Assembly: GCF_964194155.1 (NCBI RefSeq)
Contig: NC_135899.1
Location: 21,514,001-21,578,000, forward strand
Length of the DNA stretch: 64,000 nt
Source: Cetorhinus maximus
Taxonomy: Eukaryota
Direction of reading: 5' to 3'
Shown: in pieces, positions 50,975 to 63,619 of the stretch
Position numbering within the stretch: the stretch's first letter is position 1
Layout: each line of letters starts with the position of its first letter
Position numbers and translations under genes: made by a program
The notes under the pieces: generated by a model
What the model was told of the DNA's origin: nothing
Databases searched by the model: none
Seen by the model: the letters and a program-made list of their open reading frames with translations, nothing else

Positions 50975-52095
50975 ATGGCGTATTCTGCTGGTGGAACCTC
51001 CTCTGAAGAGGAAGAGAGGGATAGGAGGGAGATGAGGCCAGCTGAGCACAGGCAGCATCACAGGGACAGACCGTTAAGAGGAGAGACAAGGGCTCAGTTG
51101 GTACAGGGCCAACAGGGAGGCCAAGGTGGGAGGGCACACTGAAGATGCCACTACCCAGCGGCTCAAGTGTTCAGGCAGTGCTCCAGCTACCTCCAGATGT
51201 CTGAGGTCCAGTGCCGCAGGAGGCTTCGCCTCTCCAGAGACACCGTGACAGCCATATGTCACATGATACGTCCGAAAATCGCCTCCAACTGCGTGGGCGG
51301 ACACCCCATGCCGGTGGCTTTGGTCACAGTGGCCCTCAACTTCTATCCCTCTGGTTCTTTTCAGGGCTCAGTGGGGGATCTCAATTAGCTGCACACAGTT
51401 GCATAATGCTCACAACTGATGCTATCTATAGACACGTCCGCACGTTCATCCACACCCGGGCAGACAAGGCAAGCCAGGCGGAGAGTTGCCCTGCATCCAG
51501 GATGAAATAGATTGCACTCATGTGGCCACTAAGGCACCAGCTGGTGAGCTGGGAGCTTTTGTAAACAGAAAGGGGTTCCACTGAATGAATGTTCAGATCA
51601 CCTGTGACCACAGGACACAGATTCTCCAAGTTTGTGCCCATTACCCTGGGAGCTTACACGATGCTTACACCTTGCAGCACTCACAGGTGCCAAAGCTGTT
51701 CATGGCTCCTGCACGAGTGGATGGATGGCTCCTGGGAGACTAGGGATATCCCATGAAGAGGTGGCTGATGACCCCACTCTATCACCGAAGAATTAAAGCC
51801 GAGGAGAGATACATCAGGAGTCATGCCTCAACACGGGTGGTGCTGAAGATGCACTTCAGATGCCTGGACCGATCAGGGTGAGCATTGCAGTATTCTCCAG
51901 AGCATGTCTCCCTCTTGGTCATCACATGCTATGCCCTGGAGGCTGAGGAAAGTGAGGCAGCTCCACATGCCAGGGATGATGACTGAAGTGATGGCTCAGA
52001 GGAAGAGCCTGGGGAGGTGCAGGTTGAGGACTTTGAAGCAGGGGCACCAGGGATGCCTTGATCCAGTGAACCTTTCTGAGCAACAGGCACCTGAT
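50975..52095 (+). pseudogene. HARBI1-like DDE transposase
   Basis: CRRRLRLSR, VTVALNFYPSGSFQ, IDCTHV (51507+), NRKGFH*MNVQ, YPGSLHDA, LLGD*GYP, LKMHFRCLDRSG; stops at 51582, 51741 and 51879. Confidence 0.92.
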
Positions 52096-52135
52096 TAAAA
52101 TTCCCTGCACAGGTCCATGCCTTCTTTGCACTTAC

Positions 52136-52410
52136 CCTTGCTGACTGCAAAAGATCATTGAACCTTTTATGACACTGAAGCCACAAGCGATGCACCATGT
52201 CATGTCCACTGGCCTGGGAAGTGACCTCTGCCTGGGCCTTCTTGGCCAGGTGGATTGACCTTCTCTTGCTGTCTCTGGGCACTAAGATATGCCGGCTGGC
52301 ACTGACCTCCTTGACCAGCACTCGCAGGCACTCATCTGAGAAATGGGGGGGGCAGAGTGCCCACCCGACTTGCCCTCCTGCCTTCCATGACCACCAGGTG
52401 CTGAGGCCAT
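52136..52410 (-). pseudogene. Harbinger Myb/SANT (trihelix) DNA-binding exon 1
   Basis: MASAPGGHGRQEGKSGGHSAP/frameshift/FSDECLRVLVKEV...WLQCHKRFNDLLQSAR followed by donor GTAAGT (52135-52130). Confidence 0.85.
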
Positions 52411-54942
52411 GACCGCAAGCCAGGACATTTGTTGGATTGCTTCAAAACAGCTCCTTCAGCCTGGCCCACAACTCCTGGCAGCCTTCAGGGAGATGCCTCT
52501 TCCGTTTTTGAACAACCTCACAAGTCCTGATTGGTTCCCACCCCCAAGCATGGAAAGACCAACTGGCAGTCGTGTTGCATGCTGGGTGGGTCTTAGTTGG
52601 TCACCCAGCGTAATATCGCATTCACAGCGCGACCTCGGCCGGGAGCCGGTTTTACATCCGCTTCCGCCCATGCCGACTTCGGGCACACCCCGAGGGTAAA
52701 ATTCAGGCTGATATATAAAGACATAAAGTATTCAGAAAAGGGAGGTGGTTACCAGTACTGATTATGGAAGACATTGCATTTTTGGACAAAGTGGATGTCC
52801 TTGAGCAAGCAAGGACAGAATCCATTTTAGAGTTGAGAAGGAAAAATAATGTAAGATTATGCTACTTCAGGTATTCAAAAGGCCTCCAAATAGTGTTGAG
52901 AGAGAGAGGAACAAATCTGTAGTGAAATCACTGACATAAGTAAGAACTATAGAATGCTGATATTAGGCGACTTAAATTACCCAAATATCAATTGGGGTAA
53001 TTTCAGCGTAAAGCTTGAGGAGGGAGAAGAATTTCAGAAATGTGTTCAGGAGAACTTCCTTGATCAGTATGTTCTTGGTGCAACTAGGATGGAGGCATTG
53101 TTGGATCTGGTGATGGGAAGTTAGATGGGCCAAGTGGGCCTAGTGTTTTTGGTGGAAAAATTATGCAGGAGTGACCATTTTATACAAAGATTAGATTAGA
53201 AATGGAGAAGAGCAAAGAACAATCTAATTCAGAACCTTAAAGTTGGGAGAGGGCTAACCTCAATGTGATGGGAAGGGATGTAGCCAGGATAAAATGGAAC
53301 CTGAAACTGACTGGAAAATATTGTAATGCAACAATCTATAAGGAAGTGATGTTTCAAGTACAGGCTAGGTACATTGAGACAAGGGTGAACATTAAGGGAG
53401 CCAAAACCAGGGTGTCTTGGTTGATGAGAGAGATGTATGTTATGATGAAATACAAAAAGCATATTATGCATGTCCAGTGAATGCTTCTAGTGAGAACTAT
53501 GTCAAATACAATAGGTTGTGAGGGAGGGTGAAGTGGAAAATAAGGCTAGCAAAGAGAAATTATGAAAGTAGAATGCCAGTCAAAATGAAAGGGAAGCAAA
53601 AATCTTATACCAGAATGCAAATAATAAGCGTGTAGTAAGAGGCAGAGTTCCTCCTATTAGTGGCAAAGAGGCACAGGACAAGGCTAAAATACTTAGAGTT
53701 CTTTGTATCTGTATTTACTAAGGAAGAGGAACCTGACAAAATATTGACTGAGGTGGAGATAGTGGAGGCAACGGATACTGTGAATATTGAAAGGGTGGAA
53801 ATACAAGAAATGATGGCTATGCTTTGTGTAGGTTAGTCACCTGGTCTGGATGGCTTGCATTGCAGGTTGCTGAAGGGAGTTGGGTAGTGAAAATGGAAGG
53901 GCTTGCCTTAATCTTTCAAACATCCCTAGATACGGGGAGGTGCCAGAGGATTGGAGAGTGCTAAATGTGACACCCATATTCACAGAAGCGTGAAAGGACA
54001 GTCCTAGCAACTACAGTTAATATAGCATCAATGGCAGTAAGGGTTTGGAACCATAATTTGGGAAAAAATCAACAGGCACTATGAAAATTTTGAGGTAATT
54101 AAGGAGAGCCAGCACTGATTTGTAAAAGGCAAATTGTGTTTGACTACTCTAACTTAATTTTTTGATGAAGTAACAGAGAAGGTTGATGAAAGGAATGTGG
54201 TTGATGTTGTCTATGTGAATTTTAGGAAAGCATTTGACAAGATACAAAATAAAAGGTGAAAGGACAAAATTGAGGCTTAGGGAATAGGAAGATCAGTGTC
54301 CAATCTGATGAAAGAGTGTTTAAGGACAGAAAGCAACAAGTCGTTGTAGATGTTTGTTTTTTCAGACTGGAGGCTGATAGGCAATGGTTTTGCCAAAGAG
54401 TATCTGGACAAAATGGTTCTGAAATTGTCTCTATTACCTTAGTGGAATCTTAGCTAATGGATACTGTAATCTAATTTCTACCCTTGCAGTAAGGATTTAA
54501 CCTGTCCGAATCAAACGTTGCAACACCTTTGCTAAAATAAGAAACAGAGGAATTATGAGTGATCAGCCAAACCATGGCAGAGAAACCCTAAAACTGCATA
54601 TGTGTAGCGTTGGCAGCAAACGCAACCTTTTATAAATTGGTTACCATGCAAAACAAAATAAAACAGCACTTAAGTTTTTCTGATAGTAGGTCTTTCATTG
54701 TCACTGGGATCCCTGTGTCCCAGTCCTAGAGTTTATTTAATTTTAAGTGGTCATCACCTCTGTCAAAGTAGCAAAATAATTAGTTTTATACCATAAGAGT
54801 GAGGAACCTTTCCCATATGCAATTGCATAGCTCCAGATCTAAAGCAATGTTACAGGAAACTAGAGCTTTTTTAGACTTTCAATTATAATAGTAACCGTTC
54901 TGTACTATGTAGCTATACTACGTAATCTCTGTTTTTAAAAAA

Positions 54943-55058
54943 ATCATTCATAGGATGTGGACATTGCTGGCTAGGCCAGCATTTATTGCTCATCCCCAGT
55001 TGCTCTTCAGAAGGTTGTGGTGAGCTGCCTTCATGAACCACTGCAGTCCATGTTGCAG
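54943..55058 (-). mobile_element. LINE-B 3' tail
   Basis: ggatgtggacattgctggctaggccagcatttattgc...agctgccttcatgaacc. Confidence 0.85.
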
Positions 55059-55517
55059 ATTAATGAGAATAATGAAGAATGCAAAGAATAATAGTTGTTG
55101 ACAGCTTTGATGAACGTAGCTTGTGTTATTTTGATAATAGTTAGCTTTTTTAATTCACCATTATAATGACATATTAACATGCAAAGCGATATGGAATTTC
55201 ATCGCTGTGATTTATCCATGTATGACATGACAGCTCTCTAAGATACAAGCAGTTGAAATTGATTTGAAATCAATTTCTGTTTATGTAACTGATCAGAAAG
55301 GCAATTCTTGAAAAAAATGCTTGCGTAGGCAGAAAATGTTATATCCATTGAAGATATTCACTAATAAAAGACATGCAGTAATCGTTTGTCAATGCAACTG
55401 AATTTATAACATACACAAATAAATTAGCCATTTTGTAACTAATATATGTTTTGCTTTATTAGTCGACAAGATTGCGGAGATAAAAGGTAATAAATCTTCA
55501 ACCTCTTAACTTTGTTT

Positions 55518-57505
55518 TATTTATTCATTCATCGATGTGGGCTTTGTTGACAAGGCCAGCATTTACGTTGAGAAGGTGATGGTGAGCCACCACCTTGAAA
55601 CGATGCAGTCTTTGTGCTGTAGGTACACCCACAGTGGTGTTGGAAAGGGAGTTCCAGGATTTGACCCAGTGACAGTGAAGGAATGTCAATAATGTTCCAA
55701 GTCAGGATGCTGTGTGACTAGGAGGGGAACTTGATGGTGGTGGACCTGTTGCCCTTGTCCCTTGAACTAGTGAAGGTCGCGTGTTTGGAAGGTGCTGTTG
55801 AAGAAGCCCATGGTGAGTTGCTGCAGTGCATCTTGTATATGGTACACATTTCTGCCAGTTTGCGTCAGTGGGTGGAGGAAGTGAATGTTGAAGGTGATGG
55901 TTGTGGTGCCAATCAAACAGGCTGCTTTGTTGTGAATGGTGTTCAGCTTCTTGAGTGTTGTTGGAATTGCACTCATCCAGACAAGAGTAGTGCTGACTTG
56001 TGTCTTGTAGTTGGTGGGCAGGTTTTGTGGAGTCATAGGTGAGTTACTCTTCTCAGAATTCCCAGCCTCTGATATGTCCTTGTAGCCACAGTATTTATGT
56101 AGCTGTCCAGTTCAGTTTCTGACCAATGGGTAACCCCTTGGATGTTGATAATGGTGGGATTCAGTGATGTCAAGTGAGGATGGTTAGATTCTCACTTGTT
56201 GGAGATGATCATTGCCTGGCACCTGAATGGCATGACAATTACTTGTCACTTATCAGCCCAAGCCTGATTGTTGTCCAGGTCTTGCTGCATATGGACAGGG
56301 GCTGTTTCCGTATCTGAGGAGTTACGAATGGTGCTGAACATTATGCAATCATCAATGAGCATCCCCACTTCTGAACTTATGATCGTGGAAAGTCATTGAT
56401 GAAGCAGCTGAAGATGGCTGGGCCTAGGAGACTACCCCAAGCAATTCCTACAGTGATGTCCTGGGACTGAGATGATTGACATCCAATAGCCACAGCCATA
56501 TTCCCATTTACTAGGTATGCCATCAAACTGTGAAGAGTTTTCCCTCTGATTCACCTTGACTTCAATTTTGCTAGGGTCCCTTGATGCCACACTTGGTCAA
56601 GGGGCAGTCACTCTTGCCTCACCCCTGGAGTTCAACTCTTTTATCCATATTTGGACCAAAGCTGTAATGATGTCAGGAGCTGAGTGGCCTTGGCAGAATC
56701 CAAAATGAGCGCCATTGAGCATGTTATTGCTGTGTAAGTGCTGCTTGATAGCAAAGTCAACAATACCTTCTACGACTTTGCTGATGACTAAGAGTAGACT
56801 GATGGGGCAGTAATTGGCTGCGTTGGGTTTGTCTTGCTTTTTGTGGACAGGACATACCTGAGCAATTTTCCACATTGCGGGGTAGGGATGCCAGTGTTCT
56901 AGCTGTACTGAAACAGTTTGGCTAGAAGTATGGCTAGTTCTGGAGGCAAGGTCTTCAATATTGTTGCTGGATGTTTTCAGGGACCATAGCCTTTGCAGTA
57001 TCCAGTGCCTTCAGCTGTTTCTTGATATCACGTGGAGTGAATTGAATTGGCTGAAGACTGACATCAGTGATGCTGGGGACCTCAGGGGGAGGCTGAGACT
57101 GATCATTCACCTGGCACTTGTGGCTGAAGATGGTTGCAAATGCTTTAGCCTTGCCTTCTGCACTGATGTGCTTGGCACCCCCATTATTGAAGATGGGAAT
57201 ATTTCTGGAGTACCCCCCACCCCCAACTCTCTGTTAGTTGTTTAATTGGCCACCACCATTCACGACTGGATGTGGCAGGACTGCAGAGCTTAGATCTGAT
57301 TTGGGATCACTTAGTTCTGTCTAGCACATTACTGCTTCCGCTGTTTGTCCTGTGTTGTAGCTTCACAAGGTTGACACCTCAGTTTTTAAGGTATGCCTGG
57401 TGCTACTCCTGGCATTCTCTCCTGAACTCTTAATTGACCCAGGGTTGATTCATCGGCTCAATGGTAATGGCAGAGTGGGGGCATGCAGAGCCATGAGGTT
57501 ACAGA
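55518..57505 (-). mobile_element. LINE-B ~2 kb
   Basis: WKIAQVCPVHKKQDKPNAANYCPISLL...KVVEG, FGFCQGHS; tail at 55520-55560. Confidence 0.92.
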
Positions 57506-57509
57506 TTCT

Positions 57510-58795
57510 GTGGTGCAAATGTTACTTTCCCAAGCCTGATTGTTACATATAGACACGGATTGCTTCAGTATCTGAGGAGTTGCAAATGATGCTTAACATT
57601 GTGCAGTCATCCGCAAACTTTCCTATTTCTGACTTCATGTTGGAGGAACATTGATGAAGCTGCTGAAGAAGGTTGGGCCTAGGACACTGCTCTGAGGAAC
57701 TCTTGCACTGATCACAGAATCACATTATCTTTACAGTGCAGAAGGAGGCTAATAGACCCATTGACTCTGCACTGGCACTTTGAAAGAGCATTCCATCTAG
57801 TCCCACTCCCATGCCTTATCCCCGGAACCTTGCATATTCTCTCTTTTTTTTTCAGGTAGAAATCCAATTCCCTTTTGAATACCTCGATTGAACCTGCCTC
57901 CACCACTCTTTCAGGAAGTTTGTTCCAGACTCCAACCACCCTCTGAGTGAAAAAATTTCCTTCACATCATATTTGCTCTTTTTGCCAATTATTTTGAATC
58001 TGTGCCCTCTAGCTTTTGATGTTCTCTTGAGCAGGAACAGCTTCTCACTATTTCACAGAATCAGAATCACAGAATCACAGTGCAGAAGAGGCCCTTCGGC
58101 CCATCGAGTCTGCACCAACACGTGAGAAACACCTGACCTACCTACTTAATCCCATTTACCAGCACTTTGCCCATACCCCTCAGGACCTTGAATACCTTTA
58201 TCAAGTCTCCTCTCAGCCTTCTTTTCTCCAAGGAAAAGTGTCCAACCTCTCCAATCTATCCTCTTAGTTACAGTTCTTTGTGGAATCATTCTCTTGTGAA
58301 TCTCCTCTGTATTCTCTCCAATGCCTTCACATCCTTCCTCAAGTATGATGCTCAGAACTGGATGCAGTACTCCAGATGAGGCCTAACTTGTGTCTTATAC
58401 ATGTTCAACATGACCTCTTTACTCTTGTACTCAATGCCCCTATTAATAAAGCCTAAGATATTATATGCTTTATTAACTGCTCTCTCAACATGCCCTGCCA
58501 TCTTCAATGGCCTATGGACGTGCACACCGATGTCCCTCTGTTCCTGCACCTCGTTTAGAGGCTATCTCCTTATCTTATACCGTCTCACCATATTTTTCCT
58601 GCCAAAATGAATCATCTCACACTTCTCCACATTGAACTTCATCTACCACATGTCTGCCCAATCTACCAACATGTCTATATTCTTTTGAAGTTCAAGACTA
58701 TCCCCATCACAGTTAACAACATTTCCAATCGCAGTCATGGACTGGGACTGAGATGACTGACTTCCAGCAATGACAACCATCTTCCTTTGTGCAAC
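57510..58795 (-). mobile_element. LINE-B RT fragment split by a CR1 insertion
   Basis: ctgaggaactcttgcactg (57710) resumes as gcagtcatggactgggactgagatgactg (58731). Confidence 0.75.
57711..58730 (-). mobile_element. CR1 3' 1 kb with a nested second CR1 tail (~58054-58166)
   Basis: QRDIGVHVH..KAYNILGFINRGIEYKS..RPHLEYCIQF, VWNKLP; nested copy begins with (cacagaat)n. Confidence 0.9.
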
Positions 58796-59094
58796 ATGAT
58801 ATAGAATTACACATCGAATTGTGCCGAGACTTCATACTTGAACATTAGTGTCGTGTTATTATAGTACACTATTCTACTTTGGCCAAAGACACTGTTAATT
58901 TAAGCATTCGAAATTATTGTCATGTCCATGAGGGGATCATCATGAACAAAATTCCCTTATTTTTGCTGAGTTAGCTCATGGGAAGTGCATTTAAAAGAAC
59001 ATAGCACAGAGACAAAGATTTTTTTAATCCTTCTCATTTTGAGAAAACGATATAGGTAGAAAAAGACATGAAGCCCTCTCAGCATATTTTAGGC

Positions 59095-59472
59095 ATTAAG
59101 GAAAGATAGATGTTATGGTGATAATGAAGATCTTTCTCCAAAAATTACAGGGCTGGATACTAACTATTCTGGGATTCAGGGTGTTCAGGAAAAATTTGGA
59201 AGGAAAGAATGGATGAGGGGTGGCAGGGTTGGTTAAGGATAATAGTACAGTAAAGGAGATAGAGGATATCTTGGAGAGCTGAAGGGCAGAACGTATTTGA
59301 CTCGAGCGAATAAACAATCAGAGCAACAGTGCACTATCAGATGTATTTTATAGGCCTCCAACTGTTGAAAAATATAAAGGAACAAATTTGCAAAGAAAAT
59401 GCAGAGAGGTGCGCCAACCATAGAGTTGTTAGAATGGGTGGCTTTAATTATCCCAATATAGACTGGGATCCA
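59095..59472 (+). mobile_element. CR1 APE fragment
   Basis: Degenerate FRKNLEG...GVA, FYRPP, MGGFNYPNIDW. Confidence 0.75.
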
Positions 59473-59924
59473 ATTTGCCTGTTAATTCCTTCTTAATTTA
59501 TGTCGATTTTGGTTTCATTGTTACAGTAAAAGTTTTAAAATGTGAAATATTTTCTATTGTGTTTTTTTCATTGGGGTCATTTGGGAAGTCCAGTTCTTTC
59601 ACCTTATTCAACTCTATGGGGATTGTAACATACTGTTGTTATCTTTCTCCATCGCTGTCTCTCTCTTCTCTTTCAATCGCCATCCCCCCTCTCTATTCTC
59701 TCCCTCCTTCTCTACCTGTTCACCCCCTTTTCACTCTCCATCTTTATTTCTTCCTCTGTACCCTCTTTATCCTGGTCTCTCCCTGTTGTCTTTCAGATAT
59801 GGGAGGTGGGGGGAGGGTCGGTGATGGGGGTGTGGGTGGCGTCGGATAGGCATGGTGGCACAGATAGGGAAGGATGGAATGAGCTACTTAAGCAGACAAA
59901 GGAGGAATGAAGATGGCGTATGTG

Positions 59925-60325
59925 GAGGGAGCTTCATTCTATCCAACGTATGCTCTATGCGATCTTAATGTTTGATGGAATAGGCTAGGGGTAACTCAGT
60001 ATCTAACTTGGGCTTTGCCTGTCATGGGAGACTGTCTTTTGATAGAACAGATTCGAGGGACATTGACCGTTTCTAACCCATGCTGTACCTGACATTGATG
60101 TCTTTTTTTTCAGGACAGTATACATAACCCATGATGACCTACCTGCCTTGCGGGTGTTCGATGTGAAAGTTTAGACAGAACATGTCTAAACTCGCATCCA
60201 ACTCGCACCGAGCCTGCCCTAGGTGTGTTTAATGGGGGACAGTTTAGACAGAGCTTTACACTATTTAACTTGTGCTCTAATTGTCTTGTGAATTTTGATG
60301 GGACCATGTAAATGGAGAGTTCTGG
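59925..60325 (+). repeat. Degenerate ~70-bp tandem repeat
   Basis: Recurring gagggagctt..tatctaac..tgctgtacctg..gtgtttgatgggacag motifs at roughly 70-bp spacing. Confidence 0.55.
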
Positions 60326-60995
60326 GTCCAATACCCTCATATTGCTTTATAACTGACTAGGGATTAAAAGAGCAGTGCAGAGTAGACACGACAGTGGCTA
60401 AGAGACAGAACACAGAGAGTAGTGTTCAACTGTTCTTTCTCTCCCTGGGGAACAACATTTTGTACATTCCTGCAGTCTGAAAGACAAATGAGAGAGGCCT
60501 GGGAAAGGGACTAATTGAGTGGCTCTTTCCTAGGCCGGCACGGGCCCAACAGGCTAATTTGCGCCCCATCCCCACCCCGTGCGGTAACCCTTTTATGATT
60601 CTGTTAATCGAGTATATATTTAGCATTTTCGACATATATAGTGATATAAATATGCGTCCATCCTTTCATTTATGATTCGATTTAGGAACATAGGAACTTC
60701 CTAAAGAAATATAACCAAGGTCCATGAAGTTCGCTTTCTACCATCTTGGTAGACTTACTAAAACTAGAATGGAGTTGACGGCCAATCATAACAATCAATC
60801 TCTGTCAAGTAATAAACAACGATTCAAGTTTGGGGCAAGGCCAACCCATCAGTGGTGGAAATCTTTGGGAATTGTCGGTTTAAAACGATTAGTTTCCTTC
60901 AGTTAGAACTTCTGAATATTCAGATTTAACTCAGGTTAGTCCAAATTACATCTTACGCCTAGTCCTCAGTCAATAAAAGTTAATTGAATTCAATC

Positions 60996-61045
60996 CATTG
61001 TCATCATCGTCATCATCATCACCATTATCGTCATCGATGTCATTA
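60996..61045. repeat. Imperfect (CAT)n microsatellite
   Basis: cattgtcatcatcgtcatcatcatcaccattatcgtcatcgatgtcat. Confidence 0.8.
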
Positions 61046-61899
61046 TATTGTGAGGGTCATACCTGTCATTATTAATTAGTTCTTTTTTTTTCAGGGTTAG
61101 AACGCAGTGTTACACTGTTAGGTGAGAGCTATTACAATATTTTATCTGTTACAGTATAGTGCGATTCGCATTATAATTTACAGTTAAAACAAATATCTTC
61201 AGTCTTTGCCCATTCCGTTTAATTATCTTAAAGTACGATGTAAAAAAAAAACTGGGAACTCGTCTATTGTTGCAGAATTGCAGCTCAAAGGGAAAGAAGA
61301 AGGTAGATACATCGATTATATGTGTCATACTTGTTTTCAGAGGTACTGTCATGAAAACTGTTGGCTCTTTCTGCAGAGACGTATGTTTCCTAAATAGGCA
61401 AGAGTGCCCGAATTGTTTGCGACCGGGAGGATTCTAACCGCGCGCAAAGGGGGATGTTCAGCTTCATTCTTGCTTTCGTTTCGATGAAACTAAGAGTGGG
61501 TACTATTTCCCTCTGATTACTTGCTTAATTTTACAAGTACTGGCATATGTTATATTCAATTTACTGCTGCCACTGGGCATACGTTTTTGAAATGAAATCT
61601 AGTGAAAAACAGCACATGTGGCCCAATCATGAAACTTGGAGCATATAAGTCATGGCCTGTATCATATATACTCTAAGCCTAACATCAATAAGTTATTAGT
61701 TTATTAAGAAGGACCATATATAAACACACTAACCGTCAGCAAGCATGTGCATGTTTGGGGATTGTTTTTCCTAACATTACCAACACTGCGAACATTTATA
61801 CTTAGAATTTATAGTCACGGTTGTGTCTCCTATTATGAAACGCCAAGTAAGAATCTCCCGTGCATTTTCATTAAAAACCTGACCACCTACGTGCCCTTG

Positions 61900-62830
61900 A
61901 TAGCTCTGACTCTATGAACAGAATGCACTGTCGCCCCTAATTTTCCCTTTTACCTCTAATGCGTTCGCATGACATTTCAGAGTTATCTTTAATGCATATG
62001 TAGAAAGAGGGAAAGAAGGCGAGCAAGGCGCACTGAGCAAGTTGGATGAACAACATTTACGGGACGAAGGTTGCCAGCAAAGGGGGATTGCATTTAACCA
62101 ACTTCGCGCGAGATTGTAGTCGAAAATCAGTTGGCACAAATAATGGAAAACGTTATTCCTCGGTTATATTATACCTGCTTTAGTGAGATCTTATGTGAAG
62201 AGTCATGCTGTGATTTTGGCATTATTTAATTTCTGGATACAGCTGAAGGTAGCTTGCACAGTTGAGAACAACGATTCTCTTGACAGACAAACGCAATTTA
62301 ATAACCTTGTTAGTAGTTGTTTACATTACAGTAAATCAGAACAAATCGATTTTTCTGAACCTCAGAATTAACTCAACTTCAGGACTCAGGTAAGGAGAAC
62401 ACTTCCAGTTTCCCATTCTTCCCCCAGCCCTTGTGAGAAATACGTTTCTCATCAGTTGTATTGTGTCAGAGTTTGAAGCGTATGGACTTGATCTTTCTGG
62501 TTAACAGAAATGCAGAATTCGTTTAGTCCTGATTTGATTGAGCCGGCATCGCAACCAAGTGTTCTTGCTTTTATTTTTAATTTACAGTTTTAAAAAAAAT
62601 CCGCTAGGGTGCGTTGGTTTTTCCAGCAATTCAGCCACGTCAGTGCAAAAGAGTGGGGAATTTCAAACGCAAATAACATCGAGTTTTTGCGATTTTTTGT
62701 GCTGGTTTGAAGAAACATCGCGCCGGAAGCCTGCCGCACCAACAAATCTGACCAAGCCTCCAGGTTGAGTCATAAGGCAATTTCCCGCTAATTGCCAATG
62801 TTTGCTGACCTTTAAGGAGGCTCTTAGAGT
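61900..62830. promoter_or_regulatory. TE-free, CpG-retaining promoter-like region
   Basis: Many CpGs; minus-strand GACTACAATCTCGCGCG (~62105-62121), GCCACGTCA (62634-62642), CCGGAAG (~62723), TGAGTCA (62766), CCAAT (~62795). Confidence 0.45.
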
Positions 62831-63034
62831 TAGATTTTTTTAAACGTGCAACTGCAGTAACGAGTACGGTTAAACTTTTAAAAACATTTTAAGATTTTAC
62901 TTTGCTAAGAAACTGAGTACCACTGAAACTATTAAGAATGTGCTGCGCAGTTTTCAGTCAATTTTAGTTATTTAAAATCAGGTTACTTACTAACACTTAT
63001 TGCAATGTTTGTTTTTGTGATAAACCCATTTACA

Positions 63035-63240
63035 ACTGTGTTAATAAAACGGCACCAGGTTACCACTCCCAAATATATCAAAGAATATTGATAAGAAATA
63101 AGAAACAAATAAGTTCAGAAGAATTGCCCAATTACTGTATTAATAAAATGGCACCAGGTTACCATTACCAAGTATATCAAAGTATATTAATAAATGTAAG
63201 AAATAAGAAACAAATTAGTTCTAAAGAATTGCCCAATTAC
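63035..63240. repeat. ~100-bp tandem duplication
   Basis: actgt.ttaataaaa.ggcaccaggttacca...aagaaataagaaacaaat...gaattgcccaatt at 63035 and 63134. Confidence 0.9.
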
Positions 63241-63411
63241 GTTTATTCATAAAAGATTTTACTTTTATTATTATTCAAATGGGTTCCCGTGAATGCTTAG
63301 TGAATGGAATCAATTCTTGAAATTAACGAACTTTTGAGCGACGTTTTTGAGAAAGGTCATAATTTTCATCAAAGTGAAACTTCCAGAAGCATTGCTAAAT
63401 GTTGTCACTTC

Positions 63412-63550
63412 AAATTAAAAACAGACTCTGCTGGAAAAACGCGGCAGGCCTGGCAGCGTCTGCGGACAGATACTGCCAGACCTGTCGAGTTTTCCCAGCG
63501 CGTTCTGTTTTTAATTTCAGATGTCCAGCATCTGCAATATTTTGCCTTCA
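63412..63550. mobile_element. PLE-terminal fold-back palindrome without hammerhead
   Basis: aaattaaaaacaga...ctggaaaaac...cagg.ctggcag.gtctg / cagatactgccagacctg...gttttcccag...tctgtttttaattt, then cagatgtccagcatctgcaatattttg. Confidence 0.8.
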
Positions 63551-63619
63551 TTTGCTTGCTCGTCAGCCAGTAACGGTGGGCTATGAAATTAATAACATGA
63601 GAATTTTAATCCAAATCGC

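Larger units (their letters stand above)
50608..52710. mobile_element. PIF/Harbinger DNA transposon, internally deleted
   Basis: Convergent transposase (+) and Myb/SANT exon (-); right terminus gggtaaaattcaggc; GC-rich relative to the flanks. Confidence 0.9.
50480..54400 (+). mobile_element. Old CR1 ORF2 interrupted by the Harbinger element
   Basis: APE start (CMYM..., TEMWL) before 50605 resumes at 52711; LGDLNYP, LLDLV, SDH, KSPGLDG-like, ANVTPIF, YVNFRKAFDK. Confidence 0.85.

Noticed and set aside
50975-52410. Possible domesticated HARBI1/NAIF1 host genes
   Set aside because: In-frame stops, a frameshift, internal deletions and insertion inside a CR1 mark it as a dead transposon copy
55058-55518. 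AT-rich block between two LINE-B tails as a possible DNA transposon
   Set aside because: No convincing TIRs or TSD could be read
59475-59849. 124-aa ORF
   Set aside because: Translation of low-complexity CT-rich and G-rich tracts
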